Source: Chrysomallon squamiferum
Taxonomy: Eukaryota > Animalia > Mollusca
Assembly (NCBI GenBank): GCA_012295275.1
Contig: CM022670.1
Span: forward strand, 31,124,001-31,188,000
Length of the DNA stretch: 64,000 nucleotides
Direction: 5' to 3'
Both the position numbers and the translations under genes were made by a program. Positions 15,243 to 30,367 of this stretch are shown here, piece by piece. Each line of letters begins with the position of its first letter. Within the stretch, counting starts at the first letter, position 1. The notes beneath the pieces were generated by a model. It was not told where the DNA came from, did no database searches, and saw nothing but the letters and a program-made list of their open reading frames with translations.

Positions 15243-15600
15243 TGTACTGCTCATGTCTCTGGTTAAATAAATTAAACAAAAAATATGACTGCTGCTCACG
15301 TCTCTAAATAAATAAAAAAATATATAATCTGTGCAAGTCTATTTAAATGATTAAAAATATTATTAATTCTATATACACGAACTACTCACATATCTATTTG
15401 AATAAATATATAAGTAAGATGATTAATTCTGTAATCATATTTAAATAAATAAGGTATGATGACTAATACTGTAGTCATGATCTGCTTACCTGTCTGTTTA
15501 AACAAATAAAGACATACGATGACTAATACTTTACGATGTTCTCTTGTCTCTATTTAAATAAATACAGAAAACAATGCCTAATCATCAAAGTCATGTCTCT
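15243..15600. repeat. Highly degenerate tandem repeat, roughly 45-60 bp unit
   Basis: Recurring blocks CTGCTCA(T/C)GTCTCT, TATTTAAATAAAT and GATGACTAATACT. Confidence 0.6.
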
Positions 15601-18600
15601 AATTTTCTGAACAACAGATATTTTATCTTCCAGTAAAACTGCTATGTCTAAAAAGTAAATTCTGAATCTTTTTTTGTTTTTTGGACAATGATTTGAGAAT
15701 AAAGACAGTTATCTTTAAATGAATATAAGAGATTTACTCGTACTAACTGATTAGATAAATCCTAAAATATAGTATCTGGGTTTGCTCTAACGTTGTAAAG
15801 AGGAATTTATGAAGCATGTAAATATAACTGGTTACACGATCAAAAGAAATTCGGTATATTTCAGTCCAAGTCTTGATACTTGATAACAATATTGAAATAT
15901 TTTAAAATGTCGTTAAAGTAAAAATATTCAGTGAATGAATTATTCGTCAGCTGGTTTCAGTTTCTTGATGTGTTTAGTATTTTTGATTCTGAGCACTGAT
16001 TCAGAATTAAGTCGCCTCTGCAGAAATGACATATGCAAATATTCCTATTCTGTATTTTCAAAAGTTTTATTTTAATAGCACTCCTTACTCTATAGCCTGA
16101 ATGGATACAGAGATAGCTGAATTTCGGAAATCATAGAAAGTTCTGGGGTTCAGAAAAAATCCTCTAAAATTATCTTTAATATTACAGAATTCATTATTAG
16201 TTTATACAGGAGTCGTTAGGTTAGGTATGTAACTTTTTTACCCAGAACGTCAAAATATCAAAATTATGACAGAGTGATGTAACATTTCTAAATGCTAGCT
16301 CGAAATTTGGTATTGTCACTTAATATTTGTAAAAGGTCACATTAATTTTATGATCGATGAGATCAACTAATCTTATTTGTTTTCCTCACACCAATAGCTG
16401 ATATGTATAAATATATAGATTTCCATATGAATTACATTGAGTGGTTTCTGTACAAATAGGTTTGATCACGAAACAGCTAACACTTATTAAGAAACAGCTA
16501 ACTAACACTCATTAAGCAAGCAGGGTGGATGAATATGACATTTTGTTTCTTCATTATTTCACTGACTAGGCAGCCGAGCCTTACACTACAGCAGTTATTA
16601 CTATTTTTGTGAAAAGAAAAACAAACCTAAACAAAATCAAGGTTGACAGCCTAAGTGATATATTTATTCATATATATTATTATTGATGTTATTGTTGTTG
16701 TTGTTGTTGTTGTTATTATTATTATATTGTTGTTGTCTGTTGTCACTGCTGCTGCTGTTGTTTTGTTATTGTTAGTGGTGGTGTTGGTAGTGCTATTGTG
16801 TTATTGTTAAAGATGTTATTATTGTTTTTGTTATTGTTTTGCTGTTGTTGTAGTTATTATATTATTATTGTTGATGTTGTTGTTGTTGTTTTTGTTGTTG
16901 TTATTGTTATTATTACCTTTTGCTTTCACGCTTTTTTCTGTGAATTTATTTAATGATATATGTAATTAAGAATTTTCACCTATCAGTCGGGTTGTTTAGC
17001 TGCATTTCAGAAAACAAATCTAATAAAATATTTGTATTAAAACTGATATCATCATTATGAATTTTGCACCAAGCCACATAGATATTATTTTATGATTAAG
17101 CCTTGTTGGTGTTTAAGAGCTGTAAACAAGTTAATAAACGCCTTGAATTTCTTGAAAAATTAAAAACTAAATAAAATCGTTTACCTGTATAACCAGTCGG
17201 ACATAACGGATTTTTGGCTGGCCTGTTTTGTTTGCTGTATCAACATTTTAAAACGTAAGTTTCCACACATGTATGATGACTTCTCCAGACTCGATTGATC
17301 GTAAACTGAAATGATGCGTGGTCACCTTGTTACGGACAGTAGAAATACTTAATTGTGTTTACCTAAAAACAAGTTAGTCTTTCACTGCAGAAACGTCTGC
17401 TAGAAAATCAGGTTGTCATGCATGAAGTCCTATTTGGGAGCAGCTATTTAGTTCAAGCCTTAGACTTTGTAGGCTGCTTGATAAATGTTCCTCCATACTC
17501 ACTTTGAACTATTTCTCATCACTGTCAAAGATGTGATGTACATGGGAATGTACATCATAAGAGTTTTTGTTTACTACTAATTTATAGTTGAGAAACGTTG
17601 TAGCTCGTTTTATGGACAAGTGATAAAATTTCCAATATGTGTACACGTGACAACTTCCCGTCCCAGTCAGTTCTTTACAACTGATTGTGGGAAGGTTCAT
17701 ATTTAAAATCCGTTGTTGTTTGTTGTTCTTGTTATTATTGTTATAGTTATTATTGTTACTATACTACTGTCACCACCGTTACTATTGCTGCTACTACTAC
17801 TACTCTACTTCTACTAGTAGTACTTCTACTGCTACCACTACTATTGCAATAACTGCTGCTGTTGTTGCTGCTGCTACTTCTACTACTAATGCTACTATAC
17901 TCGCTGATGTTGCTGCTGCTGCTGATATTATTACTACAGTTATTACTACTACTACTACTATTACTATTACTACCACTACTATTGTTCCGTTTTTTCTTTT
18001 GCCATATCTGATACTGTTGGGTTTTTTTCCTGTGAATTTGTTTCTTTTATTTATAACTGAAAAATAGTAGTCCATCGCATGATTTTAAAGGGATTTTCAT
18101 CTGCATGGTACAAGTAACATCATTTAACCGAAGATTTGTAACGAATAATAATCATAACGTGCTGGGAATGCATATGAATAAAACAGTTCTTCGTTGTTCA
18201 GCTAGTCGGTAAGAGTAGCGGCTGCAGCTTACAAAAAGTCGTCGATTGCTTTCCTGTCTTCTTGTTATCATTACACAAGAAAATGTTTACACAAGATAAC
18301 CGTTTAATACAAAAATGTGCTGAATTTTCTTTATTTTAGAATTAATTAGAAATTCAAGTAGAAGTCTTGCAGAAATATAACTTTACTCGATTATTTTATG
18401 GCTGTTTCTTTCAGTTTGATCTTTTTTTTAAATATATGACTTCATATCTGATCGTTGGAAAAACTAGAAAGTAGATTTGCATTAGGAAGTACATTATTTT
18501 ATAATTATCTGATACATTTATTTTTCTTCGTGGCAGCGATTGCAAAATTGAAAGGATAATGTCAAGCAGCTGTGAAACTTCAGTCTAAATCAGAAACAAC

Positions 18601-18758
18601 GTTTCATTATAACTGTAAGGAAATGAATGAAATAAGTAATAGATTACCTCAGTAGATTTATGTGACTTTCTTTTATTTTTGTGCAATTTGTTTAAGTATA
18701 TGTATATGAAATAGGTGTGTGCGCGCGCATATATATGTGAGGATGTGTATGTATGCCT

Positions 18759-18792
<34 letters not shown>

Positions 18793-20893
18793 TGCAGAAA
18801 GGGTAAGGTATGTGAAATAATATGTGATATAATTAATTTTATTTTCGTATCCAAAATGTTTAACAGAATGTTTTAATTACACCTTTACTGGGAGAAAATA
18901 AAATAAAAAGTTATTAATTAATAAAACCACAAAAACCAAATTTCTAGCAACAACAGGAAAAACCCACAACACTTAACAAAACAAGCCACAGCCAACAATC
19001 ACCGGAAATATCATTAAGTCTCTGCAAGTAAGGTGAAATTTTTCAGTTTAGAATTTAACAAAACAGTATCGTACATTCACACCATACTAGTCACGACCCG
19101 ATTGTCGTATCTCAGGCTGCATTTCCTTTAGGATCAATTAACCCTATTAGTTTTCAAATGACATTTTGTCAGTATCGACAGAATAATCAAGTCATGGAGA
19201 TGGTTTAAGACAGCATTGCTAATAACTGCCATTTCACACGGGAATTACATAGCACGATGGCGCAATGGTAATGTCATCCGAGTTAGAGAATCAGCATTTT
19301 TTCTTCTTCTTCTGCTACTTATGTTATAAATTTTTTATTTTTCATTTTTGTTTATTTATTTATTTATTTATTTATTTTATTCTTGTCTTTTGAATCAAAA
19401 GTAAATAGAGAAAGGCAAAGTCCATATACGACAATGATTCATTATCATTATCGTTGTTGTTGTTTTTTTCTTTTTGTTTAATTAGAAATCGGAAATATTT
19501 TAGGAATATGTATTGCTGTTAGATTTTACTCATATACTTGCGGAATTTTATGTTCAATGAAATATCGAAGTTTTCGGATCTCTGTAATGAATAAACTAGT
19601 ATAAAATTAAACACTATTATAATTCATGATGTTTACAGCTAATTATAATCCTAATAATTATTGTCAGATTATTAGAAAATTCTTTGAAACGATCAAATTC
19701 AGATTTAGCTTCCTTGTCATTCATTCAAATGTCCCATATGGACCATTGTTTCCATTATTTTTAAGAAACAAATATAATTTATTTCAAGTACATATAAGTA
19801 TAATACTTAACCATATAAATACATTCTTTATATGGTGAAATGATCGAAATATATAAACGTAACTGAAATGAGGCAAATATTAATTAAATCAATGGAAAAC
19901 GTATTACATAACTAACCATTAGTGCCCGTTAGAAAGTCGGTGAAGATCAGTAGATTATTAAACTGAGAAAAATATGTACATTTTATCAATGTTCCTGACC
20001 GTCTATTTCTATGTTCATAGGCAAGTCAAACAAACACAGTCTGAAATATCTATGTTGCCAGTTAGATAGTTAACTGTATACAAATATTTGTTTATAGAAT
20101 CTATCTTAAGATACACAAACATGTCAAATGCTGCTGAGAAACACAGATAGATTCTTCAACGAAAACTGTCAGTAATCGCCAAGACAAATCCAGATTTATC
20201 AGTTCCTTAGCAGAAAACAAATAAACGTTTCTTTTTAACAGGGTCTATGCAACAAAATCTTTACAGGTTATGGGGCTATTAGGGTTATAGTGTTATTTAA
20301 TTGAAATACATTTTGTTAGCCGTATTTTTATTCGTCAAGTTTTATACTGCTATATCTTTGATTTTTCATAATCTTCTATACTATTTCATCGAGTTTTAAA
20401 CTGCTGTTTGTGTGATATGATTTATTTATTTATTTATTCACTCTTTCATTCATTAAGCAGTTTTAATAGTCCATCGTGTTGTTTTTATGCTGCTATGATA
20501 AAAGTTGTTTCTGATTATTTATTGAGATTTATACTACTGTAACTAAAATATTATTTAGTTTTAATTAGCCTTCTTCTGGATGGTGTCGTAACTCGATCTA
20601 TTTTAGTGACATTTTCAACTCAGTCAGTGAGAAAACCATGCTACATTATCCTTTCCACCAATTAGCCCTCGCCTTAATCTTACAGAGCACATTTTTTATA
20701 CTACAATTCATCAGAAATTCAAGAAGAAGAAGCCTTGCAGAGATTTGTTTTCACTCGATGAACTACAAATAATTGAAAAAACATGTATCTGTATAAAGAG
20801 CATCCTTATAATAGAACACTTTGAGCATTAGTCAAATACTAATTGTGTTATACTACGGTTTTCATATTCCCTATTTTCTGTTAATTTTTTTGC

Positions 20894-20936
<43 letters not shown>

Positions 20937-22778
20937 TATATATATATATTAATATATTCCTCAAAAATAAACTCTTTAAAAGGGAAGAACAAATATCAAA
21001 AGCAGCAATTCACCAAGATTAGCGAAAGCGATCAAACAAACAATTATCTCCACACTGTCCCGAAAGGAAATATTTTTAATATTAATATTCGCCGTTGGTT
21101 TAATGTTATTAACCAGTTAATAATCTTTTAAGCAGATGAAAGCATATTAAAATGCATTTGCATTGTCACAGTTAATCATAACTGTAGATTGTAAATTAAC
21201 TGATTAAACAACATACTCACGTATATATCTGTACACAACATACACGTACTTACGTACATTCATATATCCATACATCCATCTATACATCCAACAGACACAA
21301 ACATAAACATGCAGGCAACTACATTATACAGAAATATACACACATACAAACATGCATACATACACTCACATGCATATATATACTCATATACACACATTCA
21401 TACAATATGAACTTAATCCATCAGTTGTTTAGAGACACAACGCAGTAGTAGATGAATTAGGTTAAACATTAATAAATGAACATGTTAATCGCATAAAACC
21501 TTTTGACAACTTGTATTAGCAGTTCAGTGACCTGACTTCGAAAATTTCTATTTAATTAGTACGTGCATTTACGAGTTACTTCAATTATTAACCGCTTTAG
21601 AGTACTAAACAGGAAGCAGTGCATGTTATTCCGTTGGCTACATATGAAAAAGAAGAAAAAAAGAAAAGTCGATTCATGTCGTAAAATTTTCATTAGGTTT
21701 TTATGACGTTCGAGAATTTATTATTGCAAAACAAAGAGGTATGTAAAAATAACCGATAGGATTCCAGCTCTTGTTTATATTTTTCATGTAGTTTACAAAC
21801 ATTGGAAGCATATCAGTTACATTAAATACATTATGTATTGAAATAATCTGAATATATTTCGCACTTTTCTCGCTTGGCAACAAAATTTTCAAAACACATA
21901 GACACACGTATATATATATAAACAAAAACTTTTGCTTATATATGAATGTATGTATGTATGCATGTTTGTAAGTACGTGTGTATATGTTATATATGCAGCT
22001 GTGCATGAATATATATATATGTATGTATGTACATTTCATATACGTGTATGTGTTATGTGTGAGTGTTTTAATATGTATGTATACATGGTCATACACCATA
22101 ATTAATCTGGTTCTGAATATAGCAGTCATACGTCTATAATCTCTTTCATTAACTAAAAGCTTGTTAATTAAAAAGACATTTACGTTTGTTCTTTTAGCGT
22201 TGTTTTTTCGTTTTTGTTTTTTGTTTTTTTTATTTGTTTGTTTTTCGTGGTTTTTGTGGGGTTTTTTTATCATTGCCGTTTCTGTGATTAGGTCTTAGCT
22301 TGATTACAAATGGAGAGAGAAAAAAATGTTTTCTTAAAGATGTAGATGTGTATTCCACACTTTAGTTTATTTTCAGGAACGTAACTGTATTATTATTGTT
22401 GTTGTTGTTGTTGTTGTTGTTGTTATGCATAAGTGCGAGACATCAGCTGAATCTGGTAGATTTGATATTAAAATAGTTTTTTACGTTCACTCCTGATTAT
22501 CGATCTGAATCTGCAATGAATGCATTGGCTGGAAGGTGAACTATCGTAGTCATTAATAAATTTACAATCGATGTAACTGGGTGAAAAGGTACACGCCATA
22601 TACCTATAGTTCTCACTGACGGTTTTTCATCAGCGTCACTTACCAGTTATGTAAAGAAGAAAAAAATGTAACGGTTCTGTTTATCGTACAGTTACATTTT
22701 AGAGATTTATTGTTCTGTATTATAAAAATTAAAAACACATTCAACTTTCTTAAAATGGTGGTGCCTTCATAACTGATC

Positions 22779-23151
22779 ATGGTGGATCAGTTCATTCACA
22801 ACGTCAGTACCATGGATAGAACTGACCCCGTGTTCAGAAGTTTAACGAAACATGTGCTTTGCGTTGACTGTCCGAGCGAAGATGTTCAAAGCAACTTCAG
22901 TTTCCAAAGCAACTTCAGTCAATATAATTTTGTTCTTGAATTCAATGAGACGAAGTTTATTTATGAGTTTATTCTCAGTCTGTATACCGGTGGACATCTA
23001 CATTCCATTGTGTTGTTACTTTTGTATGCTCCAATTTTTATCGTAGGATTAGTAGGAAATGCCTGTGTTATAGCCGTTGTAAGCTGTTCTTCACGGTTTC
23101 GGAACATGACTAATCTTTATCTTTGCAACATGGCAGTGTCCGATTGTGCAG
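22779..23151 (+). CDS. GPCR first coding exon '1A' (N-terminus, TM1, ICL1, first half of TM2); probable alternative first exon of the receptor whose body is at 46113-50757
   Basis: ATG at 22779. Translation includes LYAPIFIVGLVGN (TM1, GN motif) and RNMTNLYLCNMAVSDCA (TM2). It ends at G|GTAAGA, with GT at 23152. Length 373 nt gives phase 1, compatible with the acceptor at 46112/46113. N-glycosylation sequons NVS, NFS x2 and NET are present. The ORF-track extension past 23151 is intronic (TACA)n repeat. Confidence 0.88.
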
Positions 23152-26100
23152 GTAAGAAAATGCATACGTATATTCATACATACATACATACATACATACA
23201 TACATACATACATACATACAAACATACATACTTACAAACACACATACAAACAAATACATATATACGTATATACATATACATATATGTATACACACATATA
23301 TAAACACAAACATAAATCAAGAGAAGCATACATACATACGTATATACATTAAAATACAGGTAAATGAACACATAAATACGCACACATAAGCACAAACATA
23401 CCTTTCAAAATGTCCCTCATAAATAGAGTAAAATTTTGTGTATAGATTAATTAAATTATCGACACCTCAGTTACAGCCGTTTCAGCAAACTATCACTCCG
23501 AAATAATTACAGCAAGGGATCGATGCTTGTATACCTCAGATCACACTCAGTTTTCTTTTAGTCAGATTTATATGAAATGCACGTACAAGCAATTACCAAA
23601 ACCGAATGTTTTAATTGGCAGCGTGGATGTAGATCCCAGAACGGCATTTCGGTGCACGGCAGTAATTATGTTAATCATAATCACTAATGAAGATAATCGT
23701 TAAATGTTTAAAAGAAAGTAAAACAGTTTGAATCCCTTACAGTACTTGGATGGTATCTGGTTGTCATACAGAGAAAGAAGTGACGCGCAGAGCCGAATTT
23801 AACTATAAGCAGCAGAGGTTACTTCTTAGGACGAGTAAGAGGGCGTCTCAGTGAATTTCAGTTTAATTATTACGTAGCATTATTCTATTTTATTTCTTTT
23901 TACATGGCTAAACATGACTGTAAATATTAAATGTTTATAAAGTATTCCTGTTTCTTCTTCCTGTTACTCTGCTTCTTTGCCGCTCTGCACATCTGCCATT
24001 TTTTATAATTATGATTATTACAACTGCGGCTGATATTATCAATACTTCAGTGTTCTGTTCATTCTATTACTCCTCCTCCGACTTTTATTACAAGTACCAT
24101 AACTCATTATCCACCTCCTGCTGCTGCTACTACAACAACAACTACTACAAATATAACTGTTATTATTACTAATACTGCAACCGCTTTACTACTACTGCAG
24201 CTTCTTCTGCTGCTGTTACGCAGATACCAGAGGCGAACACATTAAAATACTTGTATATTATCTTTTCTAAATAATGCTAAATCCTTCGAAAATAACAAAT
24301 AACTATACGCAAATAATGATATTTTTTCTAAACCTGAGCAAGCTTAAATCAAAGCTTATTTATTTAAATCTTATAAGCCATAAGCGCAGTATTATTACCA
24401 TAGCTATTTCCATTCTCTTTTCTGTTCATATAAATGGCTTTTGTAAAACATTATTTGGCATTGTTAAAATTCAGCACATATTACGAGAACAGTATCGACT
24501 TTACAGTCAGAATGAAATCCAATTGTATTAAAGACATTACGGATTTACTATTATATTTTGGATGCAGCTGAAAATAAATTAATAAGGTAAATTAATAAGG
24601 TAAAATAAATTAATAAATAAATGAATCGTGATGGTAAACTGATAGAAGTGTAAAATTAATGGGTTTAAACTGAAGGAAACTGATAGTGTTCATTGCCACA
24701 TTTTAATTAGATGATAGCCTGTTTGTTCGAAGTCAGTCATGGTAGTCATTTTATAAATATTTCAGTCTAAAATAATACTAATATGGGTTTTTTCATATAT
24801 TTATATTCTTCTTGGTTTTCTTTCATAAATTTTTTTTTTTTAATACCATATCATTACTATTTCGTAATGATTTTCGGCAATTATCGAAAAAGTGAACGAG
24901 AAAGCACAAAGCGAAGCTGATCGAAGTTGTAATATATAAAATGTATATGAAAACTGAAATAGTGACCCTACCGCATTCTAACAAAATCCATCTCCAGTTG
25001 ATGTTTTTTTTTTTTTTTGGTTACACTGGGCCGCTGTATATAAAAATAAAGAATAACACCATCACCAATAATATTAATAATTATTATATAATAATTATGT
25101 TTAAAATCACTACAGGAGAGAATGATTAAAATAAAAAGATGTCTTTATTCGGATTATTATTAGTAGTAGTAGTAGTAGTAGTAGTAGTATAGTGGTAGTA
25201 GTAGTAGTAGTAGTATAGTAATAGTAGTAGTAGTAGTAGTAGAAGCTGTAATAGTATCATCATCATTTATTTGTTTATTTATTATTGCCATTGTTGCTGT
25301 CATAATCATCATCATTATCGTCATTATTACTATTATTATATACGATTAAATGATATTTTATCCACAACTGAAACTAAGTTTGATATAGCAGATTTCAAAT
25401 TAGAAACGGTTTTAGGCAACAGTCGACAAATCAGCGAATGATAACGACATAAAGCGAATTTGTCTCAATATAATTATTACTTGTAATATAATTCACTAAA
25501 ATATTACAAATTTGTTTAATTTTTTTTGTTTATTTAATTTAATTTGTTTTGTTTAATCTTATTATTTGTTATTATGGATCTATTCTATGTATGTGCTATG
25601 GGAAGGATAGGAGAATATCCAAATCTCTATAACTCCTTGTGGAGTGGCCAAAAGTCATGATGTATATATTTATCTGATACTGGAAGACATATTTCATCAA
25701 AATGTCAGCTCCACGTATGATATATTAACGATCTTGTTCTGTTATGTCAGAAACTCGACTCTTTGGAATACATTTGAAAATTTCTCATGACGTTTTTCAT
25801 TTATTACAGTGATTCGAGTCTAGAGATATTTTGTTTATTATAGTGTTTCGTGTCTAGGGATATTTCTTTCATTATAAGGATTTAAGTGTTAGAGACACGA
25901 GTTCAGAAAACGAAATGTTGATCATAATAAAAGTGTTGAAAACCAATAGTTTTTGTCGTCTAAGAATAATGACTAACCGAGGCGTTGTTCAGTACCACAG
26001 ACACAACTAAAAGTATTGTCCGGAGTTTATTTTTGTATTAATAATGATCCAGGAAAACATCATTATATATCCTACCACATTAAATCCCTTTAACACGAAA

Positions 26101-27222
26101 TACTTGTGATATGATATATATCATTTCGGTTTCCATGACAGCTGTTCCTTCCAGTGCGGCTATGACGTTGGCAAAATTAATCATGAGTTAAGAACTATTC
26201 ATAAAATGTTTCTACAAGATTATTAGTTTTAAATCAGTAACAACAGCAGCAACAATAATAATTGTAAATCACTATCAACAACAACAAAATGAATTTGAGG
26301 TTCAAAAGTTTACTGAAAATTCCTTTAATTATGTTAAAGGAGTGACCTTATTCCCTAAAATAAAAAAAATAAAAAAACGATTAAAAGCAGATCATAGAAT
26401 GATAAATATTTATAATATCAATAGGTGATCTGCATGGTCTAAACAATATCAGTCAAATTTAACTGTTGTACTTTAATAACTTTAGCTATAATTACTAGTA
26501 TCTCAAAAATAAGATTATGTTGACTAGACAATTCTCGTTCTTCATTTAATGTTGAAATGTGAGCATTCCTAAAAAAAAGTATTAATTTTGTGTATACGTT
26601 TAAACAGATTTATTTGACGTTCATTGATGCAAACTATTTTGTATATAAATCACTAATATACCGGGCATTACAAACAGAAATACAATAACACCACCTCGCT
26701 GTATCCTTTCGATAGAGTTCGAAGGCTTTGAAAAGACATATTTTGTGAAATAAACCATTAAATATTTAATCCAGTGAAAACCTTTGATTGTTTGATCTTC
26801 TGGCTGAAAGGATGACAGAATTATAATGTGGTTTTGAAAGAAAACGTAGGAAAGAAAGTATAAAAAAAAAAAAAAATAAGGAAAGAAGAAGAGAAACAGA
26901 AAAAAGGAAGAAAGAAGGAAATAAAAGAAAAAAGGAAGAGGAAGAAATTATTAAATATTAAATTAAATATGATGATGATGGTCATAATAGTAAAATTTAA
27001 CAGCAATATATTTTCACAGATAGATATAACGGTTATACTGAGAGCTATGTTACAGCTTATTTACTCTATTTCGATAAAATTATATAATTAATAATAAGTA
27101 TTAATTATCTTTAATAAAAATCTGATCATATAATTATGCGAATTAGTTGGCGGCGGGGGCGATTTTAGCATACATAACCATTCATTTTTTGTTTGTGTGT
27201 TTGTGTGCTTGTGTCTGTGTGT

Positions 27223-27224
<2 letters not shown>

Positions 27225-27299
<75 letters not shown>
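27225..27299. repeat. (GT)n microsatellite
   Basis: Directly visible. Confidence 0.97.
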
Positions 27300-27306
<7 letters not shown>

Positions 27307-30300
27307 TTGTGTGTGGGCGTTTCTCCTTTTTTCTGTATGTAATGAAACTTATTTGATCTGAAATTGCAAAAAAACAACAAAAAAACAGCGTTTTCTTTAC
27401 CAGAAATTGAGGATTCGCTGCTGGATCAAAACAACAAATAGCTTCTTTCTTTATTCCCCATCCGATTCAACTGTGTAACTAATTTAATATCTGTTGTATA
27501 GTTTATACACAAGACTGTTTTAAAAAGGTGAAATTAACAGAAGAAAAAGATAGGATAATCTGTTGAGTAGAATTTGCGTAACCTTTACGTTAATTATGTA
27601 TTATCGTAGTTTACTGTAGTGTAATAGCATCGGTCATGACCTGTATGGAATATTATAAAGCACGCACAAACACATACTGTGAGCGAATAGGACCATCAGA
27701 GATAAATAATTATGTTTTTGTTTCTGATAAATTTTATTAGCTTTAAAATAATTTATTTGTTTTGGGAGGCTATATATCATCTAATGTATAAAATCAATTA
27801 ATTTGATTTAGTTTAAATTTATTTTAAATGTATTTTATACATTTTCAAGTCTGCTTTTTTTGAGTTAGCCGCTAGACGAAGATTACATTTAATCAAATCA
27901 AATAGTTTCAGTGTCTCAAACTCAATTTTCGGATACAATTATTATTTCCATATTTATTATGACCGAAAATAACACTAGCTCGGATCCAGATCTGGTTCAT
28001 TTTATCGCTTAAAATCAAAACTAATAATAGACAAATGGCAGCTCAGTTTCAGGAAATTGACTCTTTCTTTAGACCTGTTTACAGCAATTATGATAAAAAA
28101 TACTTTTCTCATTAAAACCAATAGAGTATAAAATACCGTTCTGGGACATGACATAAGAGAATGAAGCTTGTTGGCACTATATATTCTTCTTATTTGTTCT
28201 GAAAAATAGTTAAGAAAATGAAATGGTTTCAGAAAATGAACTTAAAACTCCAAATCGAGCACACTTTGCATATCATGGATCGAATTAGGCACGATTTGAC
28301 CTACTTACTTATTACCTGATACAACGAATGCCACTACAAATTAACAGCACAGGAAATATTCTTTTTTGGTAAGATATAAATACGAAATGTCTGTTATCTA
28401 AGTACCTCTTGGTTTGTATCTGATGACATTAATGTCAGTGTCGCAAATGAACATTATAATGACCAATTTGCATGTGTTACACACACACAAACACACATAC
28501 ACACACAGAGACACACATCTATATGTTTTATTTACTGAAAAATTAAGAAAACACAAGTACATTAAAAGAATATTTTTACACCTACGTAATTCCAGAAGCA
28601 TGCCATATGTGGACGATTATTATTATTATCATTATCATCAGCATCAGCATCATCATTTTTATTATTATTACTGGGGTTCTTTGTTTATGTATAATAAATC
28701 TCATTTCTTATAAATTTGTATATACCAAAATAGTAATCCTGAATATATATGCAATCGTTTGCTGAGAACGTTTTCGTATACTTCCGTTAACTCTGCGATT
28801 TTGCAACATAAAGTAATCGGTGTATTTCCTATGCGAATCCCTATAATTCCTGAATCAATCACCATTACTGTCAATTACAGCCATGACTGGTTTTTTATAA
28901 ATGAGGCTCGCTTTCTCTCTTTCTCTCTCTCTGTCCCACTCTCACTCCTTTTCTCACTCTTCTCTCTTTCTTTCTTTCTTCGTAACATATACGGCATACA
29001 GAGAAAGAAAGAGAAAAAGAGAGTGAGTGTTAGAGAGAGGGAGGGGGAGAGACAAAACGAGACAAACAGACAGAGAGAGTATCTGGGTCCTGATAGAGAA
29101 AATCACATCCGCTAAACGCAATTAATATCGTGTGTTTGTGCTGATATGTCCAGTTAGTGAGAATCTGGCTTAATTTAACAAGAGGGTATCGTTTTCGAGT
29201 TCAGTGACCAGTTTATTGGGCTATTAACTGACGAGAACCGAAAATAAACTAGAAAACGATTCTTTATTCAGGAATAATATCATAACACAGGAAACTGTTA
29301 AAACAGATTTGTCTATCGTTCTTTCCTTTCCTCCTTCTGTACATGCTTTGTTCAATTTCTTTCTTTAACATTTCATAGTATTTATGTGTATTAGAGCAAG
29401 AATAGAATTCCGCATAACATTAGTTTCCTGCTTTTGACCTCTTTGTTATCCTCCTCCTCCTCCTCCTCCTCCTCCTTCTTCTTCTTCGTCTTCTTCTTCT
29501 TCTTCTTTGTCTTCATCATCACCATTTTCTTGTTATTGTTAATCTGCGTGACTAGATTTGTGTACATGAGGCTGATGGAGGAAATCTTCTCATTCGAGTA
29601 AAAATGATGATGCGTTTCGTAAAAATTATTTCGCCGTAAAACTGTCTTCTTCATTATTCTCACAAATGGTCAGACGTAGATGTGAATGCAAAAATATGTA
29701 GTTGTTCATTTCAAGTTAGATTCCTGAGTAAATCGGCAAGATTTCAAAATTCAGTCTTAGTACATTTAGTTTAAATAGAATTTTGGAGTATATCAGATTT
29801 CGTAAGAAAAGAACGATTTATATGGCAACGAACTCTGTCTAGACAGGTAAAGGATTTTATCTTCCTTTCACACGTTTCTTTAATTAACAAGCAATTAATA
29901 ACACAATCTGATCATTTTACATTGTTGTTCGTGTACATAGATCCTCTGTCCATCAACAGATATCTGCTGCCTTAAATCTATCTATATTTAATGGTAATTT
30001 GGCCTATTTCCTTCCCAAGATCAGTACATATTTATATTCTTGTCATGAATTTCAAGAAGAGTAACTCTGGATAGCATCTATGGCTATTGACATTTTTGCT
30101 TCCTTCAGTAACATCTGCTGTATTAGACACAGGGCCGCTTTGCAGTGCTAGAGATAGGGTATTATTTAATATTAGTTGTCGATACAGCAGACTAACTTAT
30201 AGATACCAGTTATATATGAAGTCAGACAAAAACATCGACAGCTTTTATATTCAAAAGAAAGAGGAGTGATAGCTATAGTAACAAAAGTGTATTGTTATTA

Positions 30301-30336
30301 TTATTATTATTATCATCAGCATCATCATCATCATCA

Positions 30337-30367
<31 letters not shown>

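Noticed and set aside
28759-28910. VIGVFPMRIPIIP...HDWFF considered as a missing exon 2 for exon 1A
   Set aside because: It lacks the WxxG and TM3 Cys-Lys motif and has no suitable splice sites. It runs into a (CT)n tract.
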